Positions 38,201-46,008 of a stretch of 64,000 bases of DNA are shown here, one piece after another (position 1 is the first letter of the stretch; each line of letters opens with the position of its first letter). The stretch comes from Gemmatimonadales bacterium. Lineage in GTDB: Bacteria > Gemmatimonadota > Gemmatimonadetes > Gemmatimonadales > GWC2-71-9. The DNA is taken from contig JBQCGH010000030.1 in assembly GCA_051955835.1 (NCBI GenBank), positions 3,688 to 67,687 of the forward strand, given 5' to 3'. The position numbers and the translations under genes were made by a program. A model generated the notes under the pieces. That model saw nothing but the letters and a program-made list of their open reading frames with translations, searched no databases and was not told where the DNA came from.

Positions 38201-38546
38201 GGGCCCGGGTGCCGGCATGGCCGTGCCGCTCAACGAGGCCTGGTTCACCGGACCGGGCGGCGTTTTCAACGGTCCGGTCTCGCTCTTCATCGAGAACTCC
38301 GGGTTCGTGAAGCTCCGGGAGGTCTCGGTGGGGTACACGCTGGATCAGCGCTGGGTGAATCGCCTGTTCGGCTTCCAGAGCATCGACGTCCGGCTGTCGG
38401 GACGGAATCTCGTCACCTTCACCAAGTACAAGGGGATCGATCCTGAGACGTCCCTCCTGGGCTCGCTGACCTCGGTGCGCGGCGTCGACTACTTCAACGA
38501 TCCCCAGGTCCGCTCGTTCGTGCTCTCACTCACCCTCAACCGCTGA
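35262..38546 (+). CDS. SusC/RagA-family TonB-linked outer-membrane transporter
   Basis: 1094-aa ORF; AGGAGA precedes the ATG. It has a signal peptide and a CarboxypepD_reg-like domain (LHGRVTSAAGAPLSQATVLVQELNAGTTTRPDGSYTL). The plug region is NVINALAAKAPNVNVTSASGEPGA...IRG and NVEILKGAASGAIYGSRAGQGVILITT. A long beta-barrel follows. Confidence 0.9.
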   Translation: MTILRRAALLAWGALALFARPGLSQQQPVMLHGRVTSAAGAPLSQATVLVQELNAGTTTRPDGSYTLTIPGARVPTGPVTVSVRAVGFKPSTTRVTLTAGQVARDFRLAENPLQLGEIVVTGAGTVSEVEKLGTGRSTVDSTAITRSNEPNVINALAAKAPNVNVTSASGEPGAPSQIQIRGPTTITASDGQPLIVVDGVPVDNSIQFNSPNNSALNSSALPSNRAVDINPDDIANVEILKGAASGAIYGSRAGQGVILITTRHGQPGPTRYSLRSSIGLNEHGRLPEFQTKYGLGTGGAPPSCVPGGETNCIVGFSEAGSWGPLLAPGTPIFDHSAEMFQDGWITDNALTISGGTDRTTFYLSGGYNYDRGYIVGPNSHFRRIAVRFNGSQRILDNLKVGANVSYTDDQGASVVSRNSTEGLLLGAWRTPPNFDNMPFLVNGLQRSFRFPNPGPGSEQEGRLYDNPFFSANENVAESQVGRTFGNVTADWGATHWLKFNETLGLDYSNDERTEGWPWQTSNTTVPGANGVGAVNAGYIRTSEIDNNLTATANYKLNPAWSGTFTVGQNLNSNGYQTRQTLGVGLIAPQPFNLGNTATQLPPDDFRQTVRLESYFAQATADLWNQLFLTAAVRNDGASSFGLTQRRSWFPKASAAWTFFRGGQNDNGWLTFGKLRAAYGQSGTQPQPYLLANVFNSVTLAEGGFGPASSTQIAGVGGLVTRYNLPTENLGPERVKEFETGADLGLFADKADFGITYYRDNSTGVILNVPVAGSTGYTEKPANAASLRNIGFELALNVRPVTTRDMSWEVGAQWAHNRSLTTDLAGVQFAPFPFSGGTNGLGVQAVAIQGQPVGVFYGTDFVRCGRGLVINNVNIDQTAGACLGAPAGALYIDQTGYPQVDASNNYVVGDPNPDWTGSLRTAFRWKKVSVSGLLDIRHGGQNYDGTRGAMDHFGTSLESQQLRDGGNFVFGQTYLSNQKVAGPGAGMAVPLNEAWFTGPGGVFNGPVSLFIENSGFVKLREVSVGYTLDQRWVNRLFGFQSIDVRLSGRNLVTFTKYKGIDPETSLLGSLTSVRGVDYFNDPQVRSFVLSLTLNR

Positions 38547-38568
38547 TGCTGGCGCGGAGGAATCCACG

Positions 38569-40149
38569 ATGACTGCCAAGACTCGTCCCTGGGCTATTGC
38601 CGTCGTCGCGGCGCTCGCGGTCGGCGGGGCGGCGTGCAACGACTATCTCCAGGGGCCCGGGGTGTCCCAGGATCCCAACAACATCAGCAAGCTGACGCGG
38701 CCCGGACCGCTCTACATCGGCATCCAGGCGGCACAGGCGGTGCAGTTCCAGGGCCAGATCGCGCGGAACGCCGCGATGTACGTACAGCAGATCTCCGGCA
38801 ACTCGCGCCAGCAGATCGGGTACGATCGCTACACCATCGACCCGGTGACGATCGACCCGTACTGGACCTCGGTATATGGCTCGAACCGGACCAACAACGG
38901 CGGTGGGGGCCTGCTCGACATCCGGAAGATGCAGCAGCTCGCCCGCGCCGTCGGCGACTCGCTCTACATCGGCATCGGCAAGGTGTATGAGGCGTTGGTG
39001 ATGGACATGGCCGCGAGCGTATGGGGTGACGTTCCCTACCGCGAAGCGGCCGACTCGAACAACGTCACGCCCGCCTTCGACCCGCAGCTGCAGGTCTTCG
39101 CCGACCTCATCGCGCAGCTCGACTCCGCGATCACCATCTATCTCCCCGCGGCGGGACCGACCAATCTCGGACCGCCGCAGGACAACGCGGAGCTGATCTA
39201 CCAGGGCCGCGACGCCGCGGGGCTGCGGGAGGTGTACACCCAGGTTGCCCACTCCCTCAAGGCGCGCATCTACATGCACATGGCCGAGGTGAATCCGGGC
39301 GCGTACGCGGCGGCGCTGGCGGAGGTCCCGCTCGGCATCAGCTCGCCGGGCAACGATTTCAACTGGTTCGCCGACGCGACGCCGAACGGCAACAACATCT
39401 GGTGGCAGTTCATGGCCACGCGCGGCGACATCGCGCCGGGCGCCGCGATGATCGACATCCTCAAGCGGCGGATCGGCGCCGGGATCGAGGACACCGCCCG
39501 CATCAACTTCTACTTCACCCCCGCGGCCGACAGCACCGGCGCGCCGCTCGGCTTCTTCGGCTTCCGGCCGGCGGGCGCGACGAATCTGCAGGTGGCGCCG
39601 GGTGGCGACCCGGGCAACGGCGTCGTGCCCCCGGGCGCGAGCGTGGCCGTCTACTCGGGCTTCAACTTCATCGACCCGAACATCGACCCCGGCGACTTCC
39701 GTCAGCCGGAGATCACCTACGACGAGACCCAGCTCATCGGCGCCGAAGCCGCCCTGCAGACCGGCGGCGCGGCCCAGACGTTCTTCGACGCCGCGCGGGC
39801 CAATCGCGGGTACGGGGCCCGCGGCCTCACCGAAAATGTGTTTCCGCCGCTGGGCCCGACCACGGCCACGCTGCAGAACGTCATGGAGGAGAAGTACCTC
39901 GACGAGTTCCTGAACATCGAGGCGTGGAACGACTACAAGCGGACCTGCCTCCCGTCGCTGGCGCCGGCGCCGCCGGTAGGCAGCACCGCACCGGGCGCCG
40001 GTCCGAATCCCGGGCGGCTCCCGTACGGCATTACCGAGATCAACGCGAACCCGAACACGCCGAACGTGTCGCCGACGGGACAGAACCCCAACGACCCGAA
40101 CCCATGCCCGCCGCTCAACTACACGTCGTCGTCGCCGCTCGCCAATTGA
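38569..40149 (+). CDS. SusD/RagB-family outer-membrane lipoprotein
   Basis: 526-aa ORF 22 nt downstream of the SusC-like gene. Lipoprotein signal is AVVAALAVGGAAC. It has the helical TPR-like N-terminal half typical of SusD partners. Synteny with SusC is the main evidence. Confidence 0.85.
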   Translation: MTAKTRPWAIAVVAALAVGGAACNDYLQGPGVSQDPNNISKLTRPGPLYIGIQAAQAVQFQGQIARNAAMYVQQISGNSRQQIGYDRYTIDPVTIDPYWTSVYGSNRTNNGGGGLLDIRKMQQLARAVGDSLYIGIGKVYEALVMDMAASVWGDVPYREAADSNNVTPAFDPQLQVFADLIAQLDSAITIYLPAAGPTNLGPPQDNAELIYQGRDAAGLREVYTQVAHSLKARIYMHMAEVNPGAYAAALAEVPLGISSPGNDFNWFADATPNGNNIWWQFMATRGDIAPGAAMIDILKRRIGAGIEDTARINFYFTPAADSTGAPLGFFGFRPAGATNLQVAPGGDPGNGVVPPGASVAVYSGFNFIDPNIDPGDFRQPEITYDETQLIGAEAALQTGGAAQTFFDAARANRGYGARGLTENVFPPLGPTTATLQNVMEEKYLDEFLNIEAWNDYKRTCLPSLAPAPPVGSTAPGAGPNPGRLPYGITEINANPNTPNVSPTGQNPNDPNPCPPLNYTSSSPLAN

Positions 40150-40589
40150 GGCGGCGCCCTGCGCTCGCAGCCGCGCTGCTCCTGGGCGGCTGCTACACTT
40201 ACCGCCCGCTGTCGCCCCCCGTGCCGGCGGCGGGCACGCGCGTGCAGCTGACGCTGACCGACATGGGGATGGATTCCCTCGCCGGGCGGGTCGGAACGGA
40301 CGTGGGTGTGCTCTACGGAACCGTGGCGCGGGCGGACACGTCGGCGGTCACGCTGGCCGTGGTCGGGGTCGACAACCTCCGCGGCGTCCATGACGACTGG
40401 CAGGGCGAGTCGGTGACGGTGCCGCGGCGTTTCGTCCGAGATTTGCAGGAGCGGCGGATGTCGGTGGGCGGGACGGGCCTGCTTGGCGGTGCGATCGCGG
40501 CAGGCGTGGTGGCCGCGACCGCGGCTATCGCCGGGGGCGGTGGCGTCGTCGGGGGCGGCACGGCCGCGAGCGGGCCGCGTCCGCAGTGA
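40146..40589 (+). CDS. small lipoprotein with C-terminal glycine-zipper segment
   Basis: TTG 40146 overlaps the SusD stop (TTGA) and is in frame within ORF 39402..40589 (147 aa). The signal LRRRPALAAALLLGGC has a lipobox. The C-terminal segment is GTGLLGGAIAAGVVAATAAIAGGGG. Confidence 0.6.
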   Translation: MRRRPALAAALLLGGCYTYRPLSPPVPAAGTRVQLTLTDMGMDSLAGRVGTDVGVLYGTVARADTSAVTLAVVGVDNLRGVHDDWQGESVTVPRRFVRDLQERRMSVGGTGLLGGAIAAGVVAATAAIAGGGGVVGGGTAASGPRPQ

Positions 40590-40592
40590 TGC

Positions 40593-40985
40593 TCAGTACA
40601 CCCCGATCGCGGACCGGCTGAGATCGCTCTCGAGCGTCCATTCGATCCACTGCCCGGGCTGTACCGTCACCGTCTCGGTGATGGTGCCGCCCGCGCCGCC
40701 GATGGGATGGCCCAGCAGCCGGATCTCGTGTCCCTGCCCGATGAGGCGCGCCGGGAGCGTGAAGCTGGCCTGACTCGCGGCGCTCGCGACGCCGAGGCGC
40801 ACCGGCTCGTCGTCGCGGACGACGTAGATCGTGACGTCGAGCCAGTTATGATTGGTGACGTCCAGCGGGATGTCGGTCGTGTCCGCGGCGAGGGGTTCGG
40901 GGTGGGTCTTGGGCGCGTGGCGGCAGGCGGCCCCGGCCACGACGGCGCACCACGCCGCGCGCGCGAGCAGCGACCGCGGGCTCAC
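40593..40985 (-). CDS. small secreted/lipoprotein of unknown function, translationally coupled to the LytTR regulator
   Basis: GTG 40985 overlaps the regulator stop (GTGA) and gives 130 aa. The signal is VSPRSLLARAAWCAVVAGAAC. I recognise no family. Confidence 0.6.
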   Translation of the reverse strand: MSPRSLLARAAWCAVVAGAACRHAPKTHPEPLAADTTDIPLDVTNHNWLDVTIYVVRDDEPVRLGVASAASQASFTLPARLIGQGHEIRLLGHPIGGAGGTITETVTVQPGQWIEWTLESDLSRSAIGVY

Positions 40986-41848
40986 GGCTCGTCCCGCCCC
41001 AGCAGCCGCCGCAGGTTCGCGCGATAGTGCCGCGAGGTCGGCACCTGCGAAGCGTCGTCCAGGATCACGAGCGACTCGCCGTGGAACCACGGCTGGATCT
41101 CCCGGATCCGGTCGATGTTCACGATGGCGGAGCGGCTGATCCGCACGAACTGGTCCGGATCGAGATGCCGCGCGATCCGCGCCAGCGCCTCGCGCTGCTC
41201 GTGGACCTGCCGCCCGGCATGGATCCGCACCAGTTTGCCGGCCGCCTCGATCCAGTCCACCGCATCCGTGCGAAGGAAGAACGCGCCGTCCGCATGACGG
41301 ATGAGGAGTCGCGCCCGGCGCTGGCGCTCGGTGTCCCGCTGATCCAGCAGCGTCATGAGCCGCGCTTCCACCGCGGCGGGACACTCGCTCGGGAGCAGCG
41401 ACGCGGCGTACTCCAGGAGCCCGGCCAGGCGGCGGCGGGCCACCGGTTTGAGCAGGAAGCCCATCGCGTGCACGTCGAACGCCTGCAGCGCCCCGTGCGG
41501 CCGGTCGGAGACGTAGACGAGCCCCACGCCGAGATGCGGGCGAATCCGCGCGCCGAGAGCGAACCCGTCGGTGTCGGGGAGCGTGACCTCGAGAAACACG
41601 AGATCGGGACGGGCGAGGGCGATGAGCTCCGGCGCCTGGGCGCCGGCGTCGCATTCGGCGACGAGGTCCGCCGCCGATGTTTCCTCGAGCAACTGACGGA
41701 GGTGGCGGCGGGCCAGTGTGTCCGCGTCCACGATGACCGTTCGAAGGGGCCGCGCCGCGCCGGCCTCGCCGGGGGCACCGGCCCAACCCTCGCCGGCCGG
41801 GCGCCGGGCCTGAGAGTCACCGTCTGATCGGAACGTCGCCTGGGCCAT
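40982..41848 (-). CDS. LytR/AlgR-family response regulator (receiver + LytTR) with Glu at the phospho-acceptor position
   Basis: ATG 41848 within ORF 40982..42010 (288 aa). The receiver reads VIVDADTLARRHL ... PDLVFLEVTLPDTDG ... VYVSD ... FLLKP. The LytTR domain reads FFLRTDAVDWIEAAGKLVRIH...FVRISRSAIVNIDRI. No histidine kinase gene is adjacent. Confidence 0.85.
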   Translation of the reverse strand: MAQATFRSDGDSQARRPAGEGWAGAPGEAGAARPLRTVIVDADTLARRHLRQLLEETSAADLVAECDAGAQAPELIALARPDLVFLEVTLPDTDGFALGARIRPHLGVGLVYVSDRPHGALQAFDVHAMGFLLKPVARRRLAGLLEYAASLLPSECPAAVEARLMTLLDQRDTERQRRARLLIRHADGAFFLRTDAVDWIEAAGKLVRIHAGRQVHEQREALARIARHLDPDQFVRISRSAIVNIDRIREIQPWFHGESLVILDDASQVPTSRHYRANLRRLLGRDEP

Positions 41849-41996
41849 CCGCTGCCGCTGCCGCTGCACTGAAGCTTCCCGAAGAATAGCCGCCCATCGC
41901 CGGGCGGACCACGCGCCTTGTCCCCGAGGGGACGGCCGATTCGATTCCAGGGACACCACCGGATCCAAGTGTGCGAGGCCCGAACCCGAGCGCGTT

Positions 41997-44246
41997 GTGC
42001 CCGACATCACCGAACGCCTGCAAGCCGCGCTCGACGACCGCTATCGGATCGAGGAGGAGATCGGCCGGGGCGCGGCCGCGACCGTGTACCTCGCCGAGGA
42101 CCTGAAGCACGCGCGCAAGGTCGCCATCAAGGTGCTGCGACCCGACACCGGCACCGCGTACGAGCCGCAGCGCTTCCTGCGCGAGATCCGGATCGCGGCC
42201 CGGCTCGCGCATCCGCAGATTCTTCCGTTGCACGACTCGGGCGAGTGTGGCGGCCTGCTCTACTTCGTGATGCCCTACGCCGGCTGCGAGACGCTGCGCG
42301 ACCGGCTCGCCCGCGACGGGCCGCTGCCGCTGGACGTCGCGCTCCGGCTCACGCGCGCTCTGGCGGCGGCCCTGGGCTATGCCCACCGGCTCGAAGTGAT
42401 CCACCGGGACATCAAGCCCGAGAACATCCTGCTCCAGGAAGGCGAGCCGGTCATCGCGGACTTCGGCGTGGCCACCGCGCTGTCGGCGGCCGGCGGCGAC
42501 CCGTACATCACCGATCACGGCTTCGCGGTGGGAACGCCCGCGTACATGAGTCCGGAGCAGGCGAGCGCGGAGTCGGGCGTCGACGGTCGCACGGATCAAT
42601 ACAGCCTCGCGTGCGTGCTCTACGAGATGCTCGCCGGCGAGCCGCCGTTCGCGGGGAGCGGCGCCCGGGCCACCATGGCGCGGCATGCGATCGAGCCGCC
42701 CGCGCCCATCCGCGCGCGGCGGCCCAACGTGCCCGTGGCGGTCGAGCGGGCCCTCGAGCGCGCGCTGGCCAAGGCGCCGGCAGAACGCTTTTCCAGCATG
42801 GGCGAGTTCGTCGCCGCGCTCGACGCGCCCACCGTCGACGTGCTCGGGGCGCCGGGCGTCCCCCCGGGGGCGCGTGCCATCGCCGTGCTGCCCTTCGTCA
42901 ACGCGACCGCCGACCCGGAGAACGAGTACTTCAGCGACGGGATGACCGAGGAGCTCATCACCGCGCTCACCAACGTGGAGGGCCTCGAGGTCGCTTCGCG
43001 GACATCCGCCTTCGCGCTGAAGGGCGTCCGCGAGGACGTGCGGACGCTCGGCGCCCGCCTCGGGGTGAGCGTGGTGCTGGAGGGCTCCGTGCGCCGCGCG
43101 GGCACCCGGCTCCGGATCACGGCGCGGCTCAGCGACGTCCGCGACGGTCGCACGCTGTGGGCCGAGCGGTACGACCGGGAGCTGGCCGACGTGTTCGCCC
43201 TCCAGGACGAGATCGCGCGCACCATCGTGGACACCCTCCGGGCCACGCTGCTCCACGACCTCGGCGAGCCGGTGCCGGTGCGCTACACCGCCAACCTCAA
43301 GGCGTACCAGCTCTATCTCCGGGGGCGCTATGCCTGGAATCGGCGGACGCGGGGATCGCTCGCCGAGGGAATCCGGTTCTTCGAGGCCGCCATCGCCGAA
43401 GACGCCGGGTACGCCCTGGCCTATACCGGACTGGCCGACTCCTACGCGCTCCAGCTCGACTACCGCGACATCCCGGTGCGGGAAGGTCTCGAGCGTGCGC
43501 GCGCGGAAGCCGAGCGCGCGCTCGCGCTGGACGAGTCGCTGGCGGAGGCGCACACCTCGCTCGCATGGGTGACCTTCGTGTACGACTGGGACTGGCCCCG
43601 GGCCGGGCGGCACTTCGCCCGCGCGCTCGAGCTCAACCCGCGCTATTCCGTGGCGCGCCAGTGGCACGCCTGGTTCCAGATCGCAATGGGCCGTATCGAG
43701 CTCGCGCTCTCGGAGGCGCGCCGGGCGGTTGCGCTCGACCCGGCATCGGTATCCATCCGCCGGACGATGGGGTGGCTGCTCTACTACGCGCGTCAGCCCG
43801 AGCAGGCGCTCGAGCAGCTTCGGCGAGCGCTGGCCATGGATCCGACCGCCGAGGAGACGCACCGCCTGCTGGGCCTGGCCTACCTCCAACAGGGACGATG
43901 GGACGAAGCGGCGGGGGCGTTTCGGGAGGCGATCGGGGTCTCGGCCGGCTCCGCGCTCGCTGAAGCGGGCTTGGGCACGGTGGCCGCCGCCCGCGGACGC
44001 ACCGCCGAGGCACGAGCCATCCTCACGGAGCTCGAGGAGCGGCGCCGCCAGAGCTACGTCTCACCCGTGGCGCTGGTGACCCTGCACGCGGCGCTGGATG
44101 ACGCCGACGGCGCGTTCGGCTGGCTCGAGCGCGCGTACGAGGAGCGCCGCGGCTGGCTCGCCTACCTCGATGTGGAACCGGTGTTCGACACGCTCCGCCG
44201 CGACCCCCGGTTCCGTCGCCTCCGCGAGCGCATGCGGCTCACATAG
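41997..44246 (+). CDS. Ser/Thr protein kinase with TolB-N-like and TPR C-terminal region
   Basis: 749-aa ORF with GTG start. Kinase motifs: GRGAAATVYLA, VAIKVL, HRDIKPENILL, DFG, GTPAYMSPEQ. The next region is IAVLPFVNATADPENEYFSDGMTEELITAL, followed by TPR-like repeats. No TM helix is evident. Confidence 0.9.
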   Translation: MPDITERLQAALDDRYRIEEEIGRGAAATVYLAEDLKHARKVAIKVLRPDTGTAYEPQRFLREIRIAARLAHPQILPLHDSGECGGLLYFVMPYAGCETLRDRLARDGPLPLDVALRLTRALAAALGYAHRLEVIHRDIKPENILLQEGEPVIADFGVATALSAAGGDPYITDHGFAVGTPAYMSPEQASAESGVDGRTDQYSLACVLYEMLAGEPPFAGSGARATMARHAIEPPAPIRARRPNVPVAVERALERALAKAPAERFSSMGEFVAALDAPTVDVLGAPGVPPGARAIAVLPFVNATADPENEYFSDGMTEELITALTNVEGLEVASRTSAFALKGVREDVRTLGARLGVSVVLEGSVRRAGTRLRITARLSDVRDGRTLWAERYDRELADVFALQDEIARTIVDTLRATLLHDLGEPVPVRYTANLKAYQLYLRGRYAWNRRTRGSLAEGIRFFEAAIAEDAGYALAYTGLADSYALQLDYRDIPVREGLERARAEAERALALDESLAEAHTSLAWVTFVYDWDWPRAGRHFARALELNPRYSVARQWHAWFQIAMGRIELALSEARRAVALDPASVSIRRTMGWLLYYARQPEQALEQLRRALAMDPTAEETHRLLGLAYLQQGRWDEAAGAFREAIGVSAGSALAEAGLGTVAAARGRTAEARAILTELEERRRQSYVSPVALVTLHAALDDADGAFGWLERAYEERRGWLAYLDVEPVFDTLRRDPRFRRLRERMRLT

Positions 44247-44278
44247 CCCCTGCCCGCGGCGACGGTGTAGGTTGCGGC

Positions 44279-44620
44279 ATGCACGCGATCGTCACCGACG
44301 CCGACCTGCCGCCGCTTCTCGCTGCGCCGCTCGCCTTGCTGTACAAGCACAGCCCGATCTGTCCCACCAGCGGATTCGCGTACGAGGAAGTCCTCGCCTT
44401 CCGGCGGCTTCGAGCGATTCCGATTTATCTCGTGGACGTGATCAAGCATCGCCCGCTCTCGCGCGCGCTGGCCGAACGGCTGGGTGTCGTGCACGCGTCG
44501 CCCCAGGCGATCATCCTGCGTGCCGGGGTGCCCGCATGGCACCGGTCCCACTTCGACATTCAGGCGGATGCGCTGACCCGCGTCATCGACCACCTCTCGG
44601 CGGAGGACGCCGGGGCGTAG
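44279..44620 (+). CDS. ytxJ: YtxJ-like thioredoxin-fold protein (bacillithiol-system monothiol)
   Basis: 113-aa ORF. LLYKHSPICPTSGFA matches the YtxJ single-Cys S/T-x-x-C-P-x-S signature, and the size is right. Confidence 0.75.
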   Translation: MHAIVTDADLPPLLAAPLALLYKHSPICPTSGFAYEEVLAFRRLRAIPIYLVDVIKHRPLSRALAERLGVVHASPQAIILRAGVPAWHRSHFDIQADALTRVIDHLSAEDAGA

Positions 44621-44632
44621 CGCGGCGCAGGC

Positions 44633-45433
44633 TCAGGGCGAGTCGCCGGCTCCGGGCGGGCGGACCAGGCGCCGAAACGCCGAGGGCGACAGGCCCGTCT
44701 CGCGACGGAACGCGTTCGAAAAGTGGCTCTGGTCGGCGAACCCGGCCGCGATCGCGACCTCCGCGAGCGGCGCGTCGGTCTCGGCCAGCTGCCGTGCGGC
44801 CCGGACCAGACGCAGCCACCGCAGATACGCTCCCACCGTGCACCCATACGCCTTGCGGAAGCCGCGCGCGAGCGTGACCGGGTGCACCCCCACCGCCGCC
44901 GCCAGCTCGCCGACACTGCCGATCTCGCCGGGGTCATGCAGGTAGTCCCGTGCCTCGACCACCCAGCGGGGTGTGCTGCCGTGCAGGCGCAGATCCCGGG
45001 CACGCGCCAGTCCCGCAAGGATCTCGAGCAGCAGCCCTTCGATGGCGAGCGCGGCCGCGGAATCGGCGTGCCGGACCTCGGCGAGCAGCCGCCAGGCAAG
45101 CCAGCTCAGGTGCTCGTCCCGATAGCTCGCGCGGTGCCCCAGCACTTCCGCCCGCGTCCCGAGCCGCCCCACCACGCCGGCGTCGGCCTCGACGAGCAGC
45201 CCGCGGGTTTCCTCCCGGCCGAAGCGATTGCTGTGCGGCTCCTCCGCGGGGGTCACCTTGAGCGTTCCCGGAACACACTCGAGGATGGTTCCGGCAAAGC
45301 GCTCGGTGAAGCCGCCCGCGTAGACGAAGCACAGGGTAGCACCCGAGTGTCGGTGCCAGGGGAGGCTGCTGCCCGCGGCGTGCCGCCCTTCGCGGACCGT
45401 GAAGCCGTCGATCGTGATCGTCCTGTCCGTCAT
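44633..45433 (-). CDS. AraC-family transcriptional regulator (cupin N-terminal domain)
   Basis: ATG 45433 within ORF 44633..45484 (266 aa). C-terminal HTH pair: LAAAVGVHPVTLARGFRKAYG ... VAIAAGFADQSHFSNAFRRETGLSPSAFR. Confidence 0.85.
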   Translation of the reverse strand: MTDRTITIDGFTVREGRHAAGSSLPWHRHSGATLCFVYAGGFTERFAGTILECVPGTLKVTPAEEPHSNRFGREETRGLLVEADAGVVGRLGTRAEVLGHRASYRDEHLSWLAWRLLAEVRHADSAAALAIEGLLLEILAGLARARDLRLHGSTPRWVVEARDYLHDPGEIGSVGELAAAVGVHPVTLARGFRKAYGCTVGAYLRWLRLVRAARQLAETDAPLAEVAIAAGFADQSHFSNAFRRETGLSPSAFRRLVRPPGAGDSP

Positions 45434-45570
45434 GCGCACCTCTTTTTCTCGTTCCAAGATGCTGCGCGCGCTCGGGTTGCACAAATCCGCTCAGGGCGTG
45501 CAAGACCATTGCGCCGGTCTGTGCTACTCATGCAGTTGGGATATGATGACCGGCTCTACAGAGAGGACGT

Positions 45571-46008
45571 ATGCGCGGACGCATCTTGCTCAGCGGATTG
45601 GCCCTTCTTTCCCTGGCCGCGTGTGGCGGCGGGGGTGGATCGAACATGCCCACCGCCCCGAGCCCCGGCACCACCGGGACCGGCGGATCGACGGCCACGG
45701 TCACGGTGGGCAATAACTTCTATAACCCGGCCCAGCTCACCGTGGCCGTGGGCACCACGGTCACCTGGCAATGGGCGGCCGGCGACACGACGCATTCCGT
45801 TACGTTCGACGACGGGCCCACCTCCAACATCCAGAACTCGGGAACGTTCCAACGTGCCTTCGGGACCGCCGGCACCTTTACCTACTTCTGCAAGGTCCAC
45901 GGCCGTGCGGTCATGTCGGGCACGGTCACGGTCGGGTCAGGTGGCACCGGCGGGACCGGTGGCAGCGGGATGGGTGGAGGCGGAGGCGGCGGATACCCCC
46001 GCCCCTGA
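45571..46008 (+). CDS. small cupredoxin lipoprotein with Gly-rich tail
   Basis: 145-aa ORF with lipobox LSLAAC. Putative copper ligands are THSV ... YFCKVHGRAVMSG (C-x2-H-x4-M). The C-terminal tail is GSGGTGGTGGSGMGGGGGGG. Confidence 0.75.
   Translation: MRGRILLSGLALLSLAACGGGGGSNMPTAPSPGTTGTGGSTATVTVGNNFYNPAQLTVAVGTTVTWQWAAGDTTHSVTFDDGPTSNIQNSGTFQRAFGTAGTFTYFCKVHGRAVMSGTVTVGSGGTGGTGGSGMGGGGGGGYPRP

Noticed and set aside
41849-41867. Hexamer repeat (GCAGCG)x3 on the minus strand immediately 5' of the LytTR regulator start codon.
   Set aside because: It is only about three copies of a GC-rich hexamer. It could be chance or part of an alternative N-terminal extension (QRQRQR), and there is no evidence of function.
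45940-46005. GGN-rich repetitive DNA (ggtggcaccggcgggaccggtggcagcgggatgggtggaggcggaggcggcgga).
   Set aside because: It encodes the poly-Gly tail of the cupredoxin lipoprotein. It is irregular, with no spacer/repeat periodicity, so it is not a CRISPR or a VNTR of note.
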